Translations under genes and position numbers: made by a program
The notes under the pieces: model-generated
The model's database searches: none
What the model was told of the DNA's origin: nothing
What the model saw: only the letters and a program-made list of their open reading frames with translations
Source: Podarcis muralis
Taxonomy: Eukaryota
DNA length: 64,000 nucleotides
Assembly (NCBI RefSeq): GCF_964188315.1
Contig: NC_135667.1
Span: forward strand, 23,622,001 to 23,686,000
Direction: 5' to 3'
Shown here: positions 37,891 through 50,594 of the stretch, piece by piece
Layout: each line of letters begins with the position of its first letter
Position numbering within the stretch: position 1 is the stretch's first letter

Positions 37891-40800
37891 GTTCTGTTTT
37901 GTGGAATCTCCTATTGTACCACTGCAGTAACTTAATAAAGGTTAAAAAGAAAGAAAGTATACCTTGTTTTTATGCGTTTCAAAGTACAACTATGCAGAAC
38001 ACAACGTGTTTCGTCACAAACAAAAGGAAAATGAAATATAGGGTTATATTTTAATCGGATCAAATGGTTGTTTGAAAGCGGAAACATTTTATAAGGCATA
38101 CCTTTTTTCTTCCTGCAATGTTCTGTTTTCTGGAAATAGTCCTAAAGAACAGAAATGCATATGGTTTTCATTCTAAGCAATATGGCCCACCAATCTCCTA
38201 ACAGAGGGAATGATCCAGGTCTTTCAGGGTGAGTGGCCTGCCTACAGCAGGGATTTGACTGACTGAGGGACTTTCCACAAATACCATTAGGAGTGGCATA
38301 GTTACTGGGTGTACACAAGCACCATCCTGCTTTACGTGTGGAGGGGGTTGATGGTGTGATTCTGGAGACATTGTTTCACACCACTTCCCTCTGATCGGTA
38401 GAGCTGATCAAGTCTCCATTCATCACAGGGCATTGTTTCTATTCAGTCCCTAACCCACAAATCAGTTACAGGGAGGTGCTTGGAACACCTACCCGCACCC
38501 CAGATAATGTCCCGGGTTTAACGTGGGGCTCAGGCTGGCAGAAAATGCCTCTTGGTTTAGCAAAGGGGTAATCTTGATGGTTCATATTTCTCCTTTTAAA
38601 TACAAAAATTGAATATGTGGCCGTGTTTTCAGTTGATCAAATGGTTGTTTACAAGCAAACAGATTTTACAAGACATACCTTCTTCTTCTTCCTTTATTTC
38701 CCCTTTTTCTTCTTTGGCACTCTGCTCTTCATTCCGTGAGAGAGTTTCCTTTTCTCTGGCACCTTAAGATGTGGGGCAGGGGTCGGGGGGAATCACAAGG
38801 AAGTCCAATTTAGCTTGGCATCTATGGGCACCACCAGAATAGAATACCCTAATGGATTTTTTTATTTGCAACCAACTATGGAATATAGAGTTGTAGGACT
38901 CTACGGTAAAAGTCCCAAGGCAAGGATGTAGGAGTGGATAAATTCTGTGGATTGGTGTAGTCTACTTGTGCCTGTTCAGATATTGCTGGACTCTAGCCTC
39001 AGCCAGCATCATCAGGGATGATGGGAATTGTAATCCAGCTACAGTACTGTTAAAATCACAGATTAGTCATCTGTGCTATAAGCCATTTGAGGGGGATTGT
39101 ACCCTCTGTTGGATTGTTTTTGTACATCTGCAGACCTTGTGCAGAGGCAGATCTAGGGGAGCATGACTGGTTCGGCCACACTGGGCACAGAGCTTCTGGG
39201 ACACTGCAGCACGTGACACAACTATGAAGTCCTACAGAAGGCCGGATTTGGGCGTCACACAGGATACCACTGAAATGTGAAAAACCAAGGTCCACCATTG
39301 CCTTGTAATTACTCTGAGCATGTAGATAAATCTCTCTTGGGTCTCTGCTTTGGCTGCAATCTTATCTGTGCTCATAGGAGCCAACTCCTAGGGGGCTGAG
39401 GGCTCTTTGCCCTCCAATAAAATATTTGAGGGGGCTGCCCCCCAAAATTGATGGGCATTGCCATGCAAATGGTGTGTGTACACTGCGTCTTGTGATCGAT
39501 TATGTGGAGAGGGGCTTACCTGGGGCCCCCAATATTTTATGCAAGTTGCCCCCACTGTCTGCACTCCACTCCTCACATGAATTCACTATTAGAGAGAGTA
39601 ATTTATACGTTACCTTTGTATATGACTGCCCAAACAGTGACTGCAAGAGCGAGAAGAGCGAGAAGAAGAAAGACAAACATCACCCAAAAGGCAGTGCAGG
39701 AGCAATAATTCTCTGAGGTACTGTTGCCTGAAAGAAAGAAATGGCAGAGAATAAGGGATGCCTTTTTACATGCTATGATAGTCAGACAATCAGGCAGTAT
39801 GATTAATCAACTGAAAACCTTTCCATTGATTAAAAATAGGTTCCTAATTGATCAGGCAGCAGTTATTTAAAAAATGTTAACCATTTTAAATGGAACCACT
39901 TGAGTTCTGAGATTTTTGGAGTCATTGACATCTATCCAGGGAATCAGTATCAGTCATGGCAGCAGGAACTCATGGAGGACAATGGAGAGGACTCTGCTAA
40001 CACATTATTCAGAAGTTCAGCCAGGTCCTTTCTTTGGTGATTAGATTATGATGTCGGAAAGAGAGTAGTGGGAAATATAGTTGTAAGGGGGCCTGTTTTC
40101 CTTTGTTACGCCCCCTCCTATGCCCACATGAACCAGCCAAAAAAGATAAAATACATTGTGCCACTTTATAAGCATAGATGCAAATTTGAAACTAACTGCT
40201 AAAATTTAATCAGAAATAGTATCCAATTCACCCTAGTGAATAGATGACCCAGGTTCCTGCTCAGTTTGTTGAGCAGTCACTAACTGTTAATGATCAAATT
40301 CAGGGCCACTGCTTTCCCTCTTATGGCTCTTCATCTTTAAACCAGTCTTGGACTGGGAAGCTTTTCAAAGAGAGGGTGCCTTCAAATAGGACTGTCCTTT
40401 GTGAAGGAGAGGTCATCTCTGGTGATTACTGTAGCTTTAAATTTTACACCACAAATGCAAAAGTTAGGCCTGAGCTATTTCCTCTGTGCCCGTCCTACTT
40501 TGTGATTCATACCTTTTGAAGATTCAACAACCAGAACAGTTTGGGTCTGAGCACCCCAGTCTTTGGTCTTGACAATGCAGCTGTAGCTTCCTTCATCAGA
40601 CTTTTTGGCCATTTTCAGCATCAAGGAAACATTTCCAGTGTCCAGTCCCTCTGTGGCAAACACTGCCCTGGACTCATAGCCTTGCCCAAATGTTTCCTGG
40701 CTAGTGAAAGCTGTGAACTGGTAGATGTTCTCCGTGTTGTCATCTACAGTTTTTTTCCACTGAACTTCCACGTTTTGTGGCAGAGCCCCAGAAGAGCTCT

Positions 40801-41548
40801 GGCATGGCAAGATGACATCTTGCCCCACATACCCAATGACAAATAGGGCAGAGTTCAGTTCAAAATGGTCTGGGAAAAAAATCACAAATATTAAAGGCAA
40901 CAACAGCACCACCATGTCTGAGGTTGAAACGTTTCCCCAAATGGTACATCTCGGGGTTTGGATTCCCTACAGAAGGGGCAAATATTTTCCCTCCACATGA
41001 CTTTGTGTACATGGACGTGAGCAGTGATATTGGGGAATATTCTGATTGAGAGGAACAGGCAGCCTTTACAAGGATCTCACTGGATGAATGGGCCAGACTT
41101 GTCTACAGACGTTTGGTGCACTGGCACTGAATACCATTTTAAAGGTTCATTTTGAGGTTATTTGCTGATGGCTACACTATCTGATTATCACTATTGGGGA
41201 AGGTATAAATTAAACAGCCTCGGCCCAGTATACCTTATGGAGTGTCTTCACCCCCATCATTTAGCCTGGACACTGAGGTCCAGCTCTGAGGGCCTTCTGG
41301 CGGTTCCCTCACTGCAAGAAGTGAAGTTACAGGAAACCAGGCAGAGGGCCTTCTTGTTAGTGGCGCCCGCCCTGTGGAACGCCCTCTTGTGAGATGTCAA
41401 GGAAATAAACAACTCTCTGACTTTTAGAGGACATTTGAAGTCAGCCCTGTTTAGGGAAGTTTTTAATGTTTGATGTTTTATCGTGTTTTAAATATTCTGT
41501 TGGGTGCCGCTCAGAGTGGCTGGGGAAATCCAACCAGATGGGCAGGGA

Positions 41549-41602
<54 letters not shown>

Positions 41603-42759
41603 TTATTAGAGTTCCTGTATTTACAGTAAACTCTCTTCAGCTGGCTTTTGGCCTGTTTGCAGTCTTTGTCAAACCAGCTGGAAGATCCCAACGATCTTTG
41701 TGAGCCACTACTCTTGATCTCAGTTCTCAAGTGGTCTTGCAATCTGTCAGTCAAGGTCTTAAATAAGTTCATAGCCTCAGCAGCAGAGGTAGCTGAGATG
41801 ATAGAAGCAGGAAAAGCCTTTAAATCATCTGTATGAAGGAGGTGAGTGTGTGTGGCTCAATAGTGGAGAATGCAGGTCTGAGATCCAATCCTCAGCATTG
41901 GCAGGTAGAGCTGGGAGAGAACCCTGTCTGAAATTCTGGAGAGCTGCTGCCAATCAGTGCAAACAATATTGAGCTAGATGGATCAGTAGTCTGAATTCAG
42001 TACAGTGGTACCTCGGGTTACATACGCTTCAGGTTACAGACTCCGCTAACCCAGAAATATTGCCTCGGGTTAAGAACTTTGCTTCAGGATGAGAACAGAA
42101 ATGGGTGGCGGCGGCAGCAGTGGGAGGCCCCATTAGCTAAAGTGGTGCTTCAGGTTAAGAACAGTTTCAGGTTCAGAATGGACCTCCAGAACGAATTAAG
42201 TTCTTAACCCGAGGTACCACTGTATAAGGTTAGGCTGCTATCAAACAAAACTAGTTTGCTCACTGAACTCTTCTCATGCCAAAGCCTCATCTGTTACTGA
42301 GACATCCTCCTGCTTAACAGTGACTGCCCCACCTTGTCTTTGAACATTTCATTGCTTACTCCTACTTGAAATGAGTGTAAGATGTAGGGAGGCAAAAAGA
42401 ATTAATTAGCTGTTCTGCAGGGCCACTGCAGCTCCTAGTTTCCCAATGAGAATCAGTCGTATAATGAGAACACAATCAAGATGGAGGCAGACACCTTTCC
42501 AAATTCTGCTATGGCTTCTCCACTGTTAAGCAGGAAAGGAGAAATTGCAAGGATCCACCAATAAGAACCCCACGCGCACATTGATTTCTGTGTCACAACA
42601 TGCCTAAAAGTCCTTCTTGGCTAAGTCCATGGCAACATAACATTTTGCTGCTGCTGCTTCTCTACACTTTTTACCTGATGAAGGGATCAGTGCCAGGACT
42701 ACAATGTAGAAAGAACCAAGAATGAGATGGACAATTTCTTGAGGTTTATAGACCCCCAT
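35724..42759 (-). CDS. Butyrophilin-like single-IgV membrane protein: signal 42675-42759, IgV 40513-40869, TM 39614-39727, cytoplasmic exons 38679-38762, 38102-38141, 37585-37623, 36185-36228, stop in exon 35705-35731; predicted 256 aa
   Basis: Signal MGVYKPQEIVHLILGSFYIVVLALIPSS. IgV with LPC...QW...SDEGSYSC. TM FWVMFVFLLLALLALAVTVWAVIY, then E/K-rich coiled-coil exons. All junctions are GT-AG, with phase-1 Ig/TM exons typical of BTN genes. The cytoplasmic exon set is my hand reconstruction. Confidence 0.72.
35885..38290. repeat. Tandem duplications of an exon-bearing unit (about 35885-36280, 37280-37680, partial 38010-38290)
   Basis: High identity by eye between copies, each holding one ENRKLQEEK-type exon. 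Confidence 0.85.
41205..41550 (+). mobile_element. L2 LINE 3' end with (AAT)n tail
   Basis: LNSLGPVYL...LRSSSEGLLAVP...RAFLLVAPALWNAL, then the 3' UTR and an AAT repeat; related fragments near 34600-34830, 9030-9100 and 30955-31030. Confidence 0.8.
42003..42222. mobile_element. CAGTGGTACCTC-type MITE (TA TSD)
   Basis: TA-CAGTGGTACCTCGGGTT...AACCCGAGGTACCACTG-TA. Confidence 0.88.
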
Positions 42760-45559
42760 CCTTCTTTAGACAGCTCCGATCTGAAATATGAGCAACAGCA
42801 CCAACAAACATAATTAGGAGCAAATGCTTTGTGTTTTGAAGCCCCTCTCTGTTACATTCCCATCTACCCCGACAAATCATAGCAATCCAGATGTCAAAGT
42901 CAAGGAAAATAATATGTTTTAATTCTGTGAAGTTTTTGTTTTTGCTTGTTAAAAAAACTCCCTTTTGTCAATAGCTACTTCCATGTGGAAATTTAATGTA
43001 GCAGGGATTTAGAAGTCCTTCTTGCTAATATGCACGACAAGATACGTCTCTTTACCTTGGCCTTTGACACTTCAGATATTTGCTTTTGGGGCTGATCTTA
43101 TTTTTCTGGTTGTAAAATGTTTTAACTGACTTTTCATAATGCATTTTTACATTGTTGAAATCTGACCTCAGACCATAGGGTAAAGTACAAGTGGGGCGGG
43201 GCGGGGTGGGGGGAGTGAAGACAAATGTAAAATAATGATTACGACAAAAGTATCAAAATCAACGACAATAATATCTGCTGGCATTCCGCAGATAGGGAGG
43301 TTTTGGATGGTGAGGGGTTTTGAAGAAGAAATCCTGTAACGCATTTTCTGAGGGGTTTTGAAGAAGAAATCCTGTCATGCACTTTCTGAGGTATTGCAGT
43401 GACAATAAGGGACATTGCCACATGAATAATGGGGACCTAAACAAATATTTGCAGAGCATTCCTGCCCTCTAACAGGACTGCTGCTGTTGTTTAGGAGTCC
43501 AGTCATTCTGGAGCAAGAGCCATGTAAAGCTTTTTTTTTTTGCAGTTTATAGAGGGAGGGCAGTTTCCAGAGTTGAAGCGAAATGGATACATTTTTATTT
43601 TCCGTCTTCCTGAAACCATGCAGTAAATAAACCTACAGGGATTAGGTTTGTTGTTGGTTGCCTCTCTCAGTCTGATTGTTTTGTTGTTATATAGTATTGG
43701 GTAGGGATGGGAGAGAAATTTGGTTTGGTTCATATTTCAATGCGAATGTACTTAATCTGCACTTGCTAAAAAGACACACAAACTGAAAAGCAGCGATCCT
43801 TCAAAATTCACACTGACTCATGTGATGCAGTTCTCCAGCCAAAATCTGTGTACAAAGATGCACACATTAGGGGAAAGCGAGCACTAAAAGGTCCGGTTCT
43901 TGTTGGCCGTTAGAAAACATACTGTAATACAAACCTCTGCAAAGTACACATACTTCACACCAGTACTGAGAATTGCACATTCATCCATTGGGAAAATAAC
44001 TACTTCCTGGATGCTTTCTCAAACGTAACTTCTATGTATTTTGCTGGGGAAAGAGAGAAACGAGAGAGAAAGAGAGCAATGCATTAAAATGCAGCATTTT
44101 ATACAGGATAGATATGGATAGTGGCTAACATTGTGTGTAGACCACCTCCTCAACCAACAGGGGTAGTGTTCTAGATGCAGAGGAAGTGGGGTGTGTGAAT
44201 ACAGCCCTCCCCTTTGGTATCTGTTTCAGTTCCTCCCACTAAAGAGTTGTAGGTAGCTCAAGTTCTTCAAATCTGTTCCACATATCCTCTCTTTCCTTTC
44301 TTCTCTCTCTTCTACAGGCAAATTATATATTAAACTGCTCAAGAAATTCAGAAAAGGTAATTTGAGACTAGGACATAATCTAACCACATTTTTAATCCGA
44401 TTTGATTTCAGGTTAGAATATCCAAGTATACACTTAATGTTCCTGCTGACAACAGTGGGGGTTATGTTAGGTCAATAATTCTGAGTGTATTGTGTCCTTA
44501 CATTGTGTGAACGGTGAAAAAGCTCAAGGGGATGATCATGAGAAGAAACCCCACTTGCTGACTGTGATAATGCACTTTGAATTATCCGTAAAAGCAGCTA
44601 TGCTGTCACACCCTTTGACAATAAAATAATATTAATTAAAAAAAATACAAGGAAGAAGTTACCTTTTCCTGGATTTAGAAGAAATCACGATCGTGATTAA
44701 AATGCTCTGCCCTTGACTACCAGAAACCAAACTGCGGTTGGTGTTTGTTTCGCTTCTATTCTTGGCAGGGTGAGAGCAGGTTCAGTGCTGCTGAACCTTG
44801 GCTAGAAAAAAACCAGATAAAATTACAGATTAATTTAGGGGAAGGGCTGAAGCTGAGTGGCAGAGCATTTCTCTTGCAGGCAGAGTTAGCACATGCTGAT
44901 TTTATGCAAATATGTGCCCTCTTTTGCCTCTTTTCTGGTGATGTGTAAGTAGCTACCCTACATTTCTTCTGCTTCAGTTGAGCAACCACCTCCCAGCAAT
45001 AAAACATAATGTTTGCATGAGCAGAATACTTTCCAATATGATAAATGGTGTATTGTAGAGGTAGGGTTTGCTTACTGCTAAGATCACTTAAAACTTCGGT
45101 TCACTATGAAATTCCTGCTAGTAAAGACACAGGTGTGGGGGACCTCCTGACAATGCTATTTGCAAGTACAATGTTTTAACTGGAGAAAGAAAATGACAAC
45201 TGCTGCAGAGAGGTTCTGTAAAAGAAGCAAATGGACAAAAAACATGCAGTCTGGGCAGGGCAGAGCCCTAATTTGGAGGGTTCAAGATCTTCCCTATTCA
45301 TGGGGGCATGTTTGCAGGCATCACTGCTGGTATAAGAGAAAAGCATTGGAAGGAAGCCTTGCTCGGAGGTCGTAGAGGAGAAAGGCATTGCAAAGAAGCC
45401 TTGCTCCGAGCACCTTGTGTATATGAACATGCCCAGTGTCCTGTAGCCCTGCTGCCCTGATGTTCACCTCAGCATGCAAGCCAATAATAAGAGCACCACC
45501 AATGATACCCAAAAAGTGTAGGCTGGCCAAGAGTGCCTTTAACCCAATATGACCTCAAT

Positions 45560-46600
45560 TGATCACCCCATCACTCTATCCAGTTCACGCCTTCTATAAA
45601 TAAAACCAAAATTCACAAACAGCCCTCTGCAGATCCTCAAGAAATAAGTCACAGCCTGCCTTGGACAGGTGAATCCCATCATCCTGAAAAATGGTGGGGA
45701 AGATCAACGTGGATCTTACCCCAAACAAAGTCCAAACAGGCAATTCACCTTCCTGTGGGCCCTATCCACCTTGATTGATTGGTAGGTGTGCCTCTTGCCA
45801 CACACAAGGCTCCAAGAATTCAGACCAAACCAAGGAAAGAAAGTATGGATCCAGCAAAGATCCTTCGTAACTCACTAGGATGTTAATTCCTGTCCATTGG
45901 ATGAAATAATTCTCACCCAAATGGATGTGTAAGATGTGAGAGAAGAACCCAGCCACCTCAAGGTGAGAAAATGTGACCAGCAGCTCTCCTCAAAGCATGC
46001 TTCTCCCAGTTATGCACTGGAAAGTAATATGGGCAGGCAAATGTAACTGCATACCAACAGCCGATGATGCATCCCTCAATTGCACACAGAACAAGAGAGA
46101 TTGCTCTCGTAGTGTAAGCTCTGAAAGCCTCTGGCAACAGGCCCAAATATGTCTAAAGAAAGGAGAGAGTTACCAGAGAGTACCTAACATGTAACTTGTA
46201 AACACTGGAATGCCATCTCTTGATGTCCTTGATAAGATCTGTAGGGATGCCCATCAAGGCACAACCTTGGCTCCAATACAGAATAAATGCATAGTCACAT
46301 CATCTGTTGGTGTAGGGCCTGGGGCAACACTGCCCCAAATTGAAACTGCATCAGTGCTGAGGAATCTTGATTAACCAAAAGATAAATGTGTCCCATAGGC
46401 CTATTGGCCAAATAAGCCATGTACAAACAGGCAACTATCAAGCATGACCTTGGAGCCAAAGCCTTGCTGGTCCATCATGACTCACTTCAACACTATGTGC
46501 TTCCATCCACCTGTTGCAGGAACATCCCTAAACAGCAATACCTGCAGGAGGAGTCTCACTGGGATGGAGGGAGCAGCTCACCCAGCTGGATTTTAATAGG
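45560..46600 (-). mobile_element. Decayed tyrosine-recombinase (DIRS/Ngaro-like) retrotransposon
   Basis: HLFCIGA...MGIPTDLIKDIKRWHSSVYKLHVR resembles YR box II (HSFRIGA...GRWxSxAYxxYVR); downstream HIHLGEN...VWSEFL resembles an SGNH-hydrolase ORF. Confidence 0.55.
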
Positions 46601-46796
46601 AAGCTTACCTGTCTGTCAGGTATGGTAGTTTCTCATTTCAGGCTGTCTGTCAGTGTGCTTTTTACTATGTTTTTATCATTGATGTTCTGTAATGTATTTT
46701 TAATGTTTTAATGTTGTACACCACCCTGGGATCTTTAGATAAAGGGCAGTATATAAATTGAATAAATAATTAATGGTAATAATAACAATACCTAAA

Positions 46797-47156
46797 GGTA
46801 AAGGTAAAGGTACCCCTGCCCGTACGGGCCAGTCTTGACAGACTCTGGGGTTGTGCGCCCATCTCACTTAAGAGGCCGGGGGCCAGCGCTGTCCGAAGAC
46901 ACTTCCGGGTCACGTGGCCAGCGTAACAAGCTGCATTTGGCGAGCCAGCGCAGCACACGGAACGCCGTTTACCTTCCCGCTGGTAAGCGGTCCCTATTTA
47001 TCTACTTGCACCCGAAGGTGCTTTCGAACTGCTAGGTTGGCAGGCGCTGGGACCGAACGACGGGAGTGCACCCCACCGCGGGGATTCGAACTGCTGACCT
47101 TTCGATCGGCAAGTCCTAGGTGCTGAGGCTTTAACCCACAGCGCCACCCGCGTCCC
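46797..47156 (-). mobile_element. Sauria SINE with 16-bp TSD
   Basis: TSD AATAACAATACCTAAA at 46781-46796 and 47159-47174. Confidence 0.92.
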
Positions 47157-48554
47157 ACAATAACAATACCTAAATCTCACTAATTACATGGATTAGGAGA
47201 AATTATGAAAGTTGTGTTGGCAAAACCCTCAGAAGGGGAACAGTAAAAAACAAACAAACTTCAGAATGTATTTTAGGCTGATTGTAGAACTGACCACATT
47301 GCTACAGCATAACATTTATTTTGGGACATTCGCTCATGTTTTGTCTTCCTTTGAGGTTTTCGTTAACGTACTGTTTAACCTGTTAGCGTAATCATTTTTT
47401 AAATAGCTTGAGCAAACACATACTATCCAGACTCATCTCTGCCTGTAATGTGGTCACTATGTCTGCAGAGAAGGGTATCTGCTCTTGCACTCTGCTTCAG
47501 CTTGTGGGCTTCAGACATGTATCTTGCGGTTGAACACAGCGAGAACAGAAAGCTAGGCCAGAAAGGCCTTTGGTTTGATCCAGCAATGCTCTTCTTATGT
47601 ATCTGTACATGACCTAAAGGCCATATAACAGTTCTTGAAAAAGGAACGCTAACAACTACATAAATTGAACGATTATGATGAAGTTGAAAGAAAACTCCAT
47701 GTGGCATTGGATGGAAGAGTCTCAACTTCTTCTGTGGTGCTTTCTCAGGTGGACTCGACAGAATTTCCAAAGATGCTTTAAAAAACCTAGTTTCACAAGA
47801 TAAAACCAAGGTGTGCTTTAACGCCTCATATTTTCTCCCTCACCTCAGATCCACAGACTTGTAACAGGTGGTCCAAGCAGGCTGAAAGTCTGGGTGTTCT
47901 TAATAAGGCCACAGTTGCCTTCTCTTCCAGGGAGAAAAATATGGTTGCTGCCATCATTATGCCCCCTTTTCATTATATGCTTGAGAGAACAACAGTGTTT
48001 TCACCTGGGATCTAAGAGTTAGAAGATCTGGTGCTAGTCAAGTTTCACCGAGAAGGGACATTCAACCAGGGATGCCAGCAGGATTTCCTGGGCTGAGTAC
48101 CACTGCCACACAAGCATGGGTGTAGCCAGGATGGCAGTAGCATGGGGTTTGGGGTGGCAGAACCTGAGTTAGTTAAGTATTTTTTATTGATTTACTTGAT
48201 TTGGGGCTACTTCTATATACAGACAGACCCTCCAAGAGTCCCTATTTTCCAGGGATGTCCCTATTTTCATTGGAGAAATGTTGATGGGGATGGAGTTATA
48301 CGACCCCCGAGCTGTCTGAAGGAAATCCTGTATAGGGAAGTTTTTTAATGTTGAATGTTTTTATTATGTTTTCATATATGTTGGAAGCAGCTGAGGCAAC
48401 CCAGTAAGATGTGTGGGGTATAAATAGTAAAAATTTCATTTCATTATGGAATGGGACAGCCCTATTTTCATCAGAGAAATGTTGGAGGGTATGTAGAGTA
48501 CGTATATAAACTTAGGAAAGCCTGCCTGTTGCAAAAGTAAAAAGGGGAGGGGAG

Positions 48555-48985
48555 AATAATTCATAGACCTTGAGCTCCTGTGTAGAAAAACAAGACATTC
48601 TGAGCACATGCAACTTCACAACTCTTGCATGGAGAGTTCCTACCCCACCCAGGTGGAAAAAATGACAGATGACACAATTATTAATGTTAATGGGCTAAAA
48701 AAGGCCACAACATTATTGGTTACAGGTGATGAGTGGTATTGGCTTAGACATTGGTCCTAACTGGCTATATCTGACTTCAGTCCGTCCGCTTGAAGTCTGG
48801 GAAGGGTTAACCACCAGTAGAGGGAGTCCTACTGATGCACATTAACTAGGAACTCCCCTGGGGTCACCGATAGGGGGTGTGCTTTAGACCCTCACCTCCC
48901 TAGGCTTCGGACTAATAATTCATAGATCTTGAGCTCCTGGGTGGAAAAACAAGACATTCTGAGCACATGCAACTTCACAACTCTT
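48555..48985 (+). repeat. 72-bp direct repeats (48555-48626 and 48914-48985) flanking a 287-bp segment
   Basis: Three mismatches between the copies. Confidence 0.85.
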
Positions 48986-49435
48986 AGCAGAACACACTCA
49001 ATATTTTGCCCTCATTGAGTAACAGAAAAGTATCATTGTTTATAGGAATTTTAACTTTATGCCCCTGTAATTTGTTCTATGATTTTATGGTTGTCTCTGC
49101 TGACAACCCCCCCCCCCACAACTTGTCACTCTGTATTAATACACCACAGTCCACTGATAACCAACTAACTAGTAGCCGCTGTGTGGAGGACATGCAAAGG
49201 TAAGCGGTGCACTACAATATTAACATTTCCCTCTGATTTCTTTCAAGTGTGTTATTGTTGAGTGAAACATTCAAAGCCAGCAAATTCTATTTTACACTGC
49301 AAAGGGTGCACACTTGGGGAGTGAATGGAATAATGTGAACAGTAATTAAACAGACATACATAGGGCAGACTCTCGTCTTCAATGCAGCCTCAGGCTACCA
49401 GGAACAGCAAAGGTGCTTCTGGCACCTTCATTATA

Positions 49436-49677
49436 CTGTGGTATCTTGGGTTAAGAACTTAATTCATTCCGGAGGTCCGTTCTTAACCTGAAACTGCTCT
49501 TAACCTGAGGTACCACTTTAGCTAATGGGGCCTTCCGCTGTTGCTGCGCCGCTGCCACACGATTTCTGTTCTCATCCTAAAGCAAAGTTCTTAAGCTGAG
49601 GTACTATTTCTGGGTTAGCAGAGTTTGTAACCTGAAGCATCTGTAACCTGAAGCGTCTGTAACCCGAGGTACCACTG
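49436..49677. mobile_element. CAGTGGTACCTC-type MITE, opposite orientation
   Basis: Reverse complement of the 31313/42003 family with TA flanks. Confidence 0.85.
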
Positions 49678-50277
49678 TACAGCTTCAAGCAAATGCTGAA
49701 TACCCATTTCTTTATCCTGGTCTTTGACATTTGAGGTGTATATTTTTAGGAACCGCCTCATTTTTGTGGCTGTAAGTGGTTTTAAACTGTTTTTCATGTT
49801 GTTGTTTTTAATCTTGTAACCCATCCTGTGACCTTAGGGTGAAGGGCGGGTAAATAACAACAACAACAACAACAACAACAAAATAAATAAATAAATAAAT
49901 AAATAAATAAATGTTATATTTGTCATTGTGGTGTTAAGTTAGTCACAAGAAATACTGTTTGTAAAACACATCTCACCACATTTTCTTAATGCTAAGAACC
50001 TAAAAGAATGTAATAAGGTTAAAACATATAGATTTCTCTTTTTATTCTTTGGGGTGAAATTTTTTATTATTATTTCATTTTATAAAATATATAAAAAAGA
50101 GAAGACAATGGTAATGAGAAGAAAACTAACAAATAAGAAACGTAACTATAAAATAGGCATGTCGAATGAGTAGTTGCGCATGAGTTAAAATAGCAAAGTA
50201 CAAGGAAAGAATATCCACGTTATCAGATCATCAAGTATAGTTCCAAATTTGACGACAGTTGTCTTGAAAATGAGCAC

Positions 50278-50425
50278 AACCGGACGCCTTCATCTGCCCC
50301 AACTGCAACAAAACACGTCTCTCCCATGTCAGTCTCTACAGCCATAGCAGGTACTGTAACTCTCCAGCTGTTTGACCTCAACCCTGAAGACACACCCTTC
50401 AATTGTCTTTTGAGACAGATGGTTG
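50278..50425 (+). mobile_element. RTE-clade LINE 3' end
   Basis: FICPNCNKTRLSHVSLYSHSRYC, a C2H2-like ORF end of RTE elements. Confidence 0.6.
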
Positions 50426-50554
50426 TAAAATACCTTTAAATATAACATAAAAAATTTAGGAAGAAGGAAATGAGCATACTTTATCCCAGTTTAACTTAAT
50501 GTCGTGCCAGCTTCTTTTGTATAGAATTTATAAAATCCTTGTCTAAGAAACAAA

Positions 50555-50594
<40 letters not shown>

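Noticed and set aside
43239-43437. Hydrophobic ORF end (QQILLSLILILLS) as the BTN signal exon
   Set aside because: Wrong phase and followed by a stop; a better signal exon exists at 42675-42759. It contains a 38-bp tandem duplication (43311-43386) and is at most a UTR exon.
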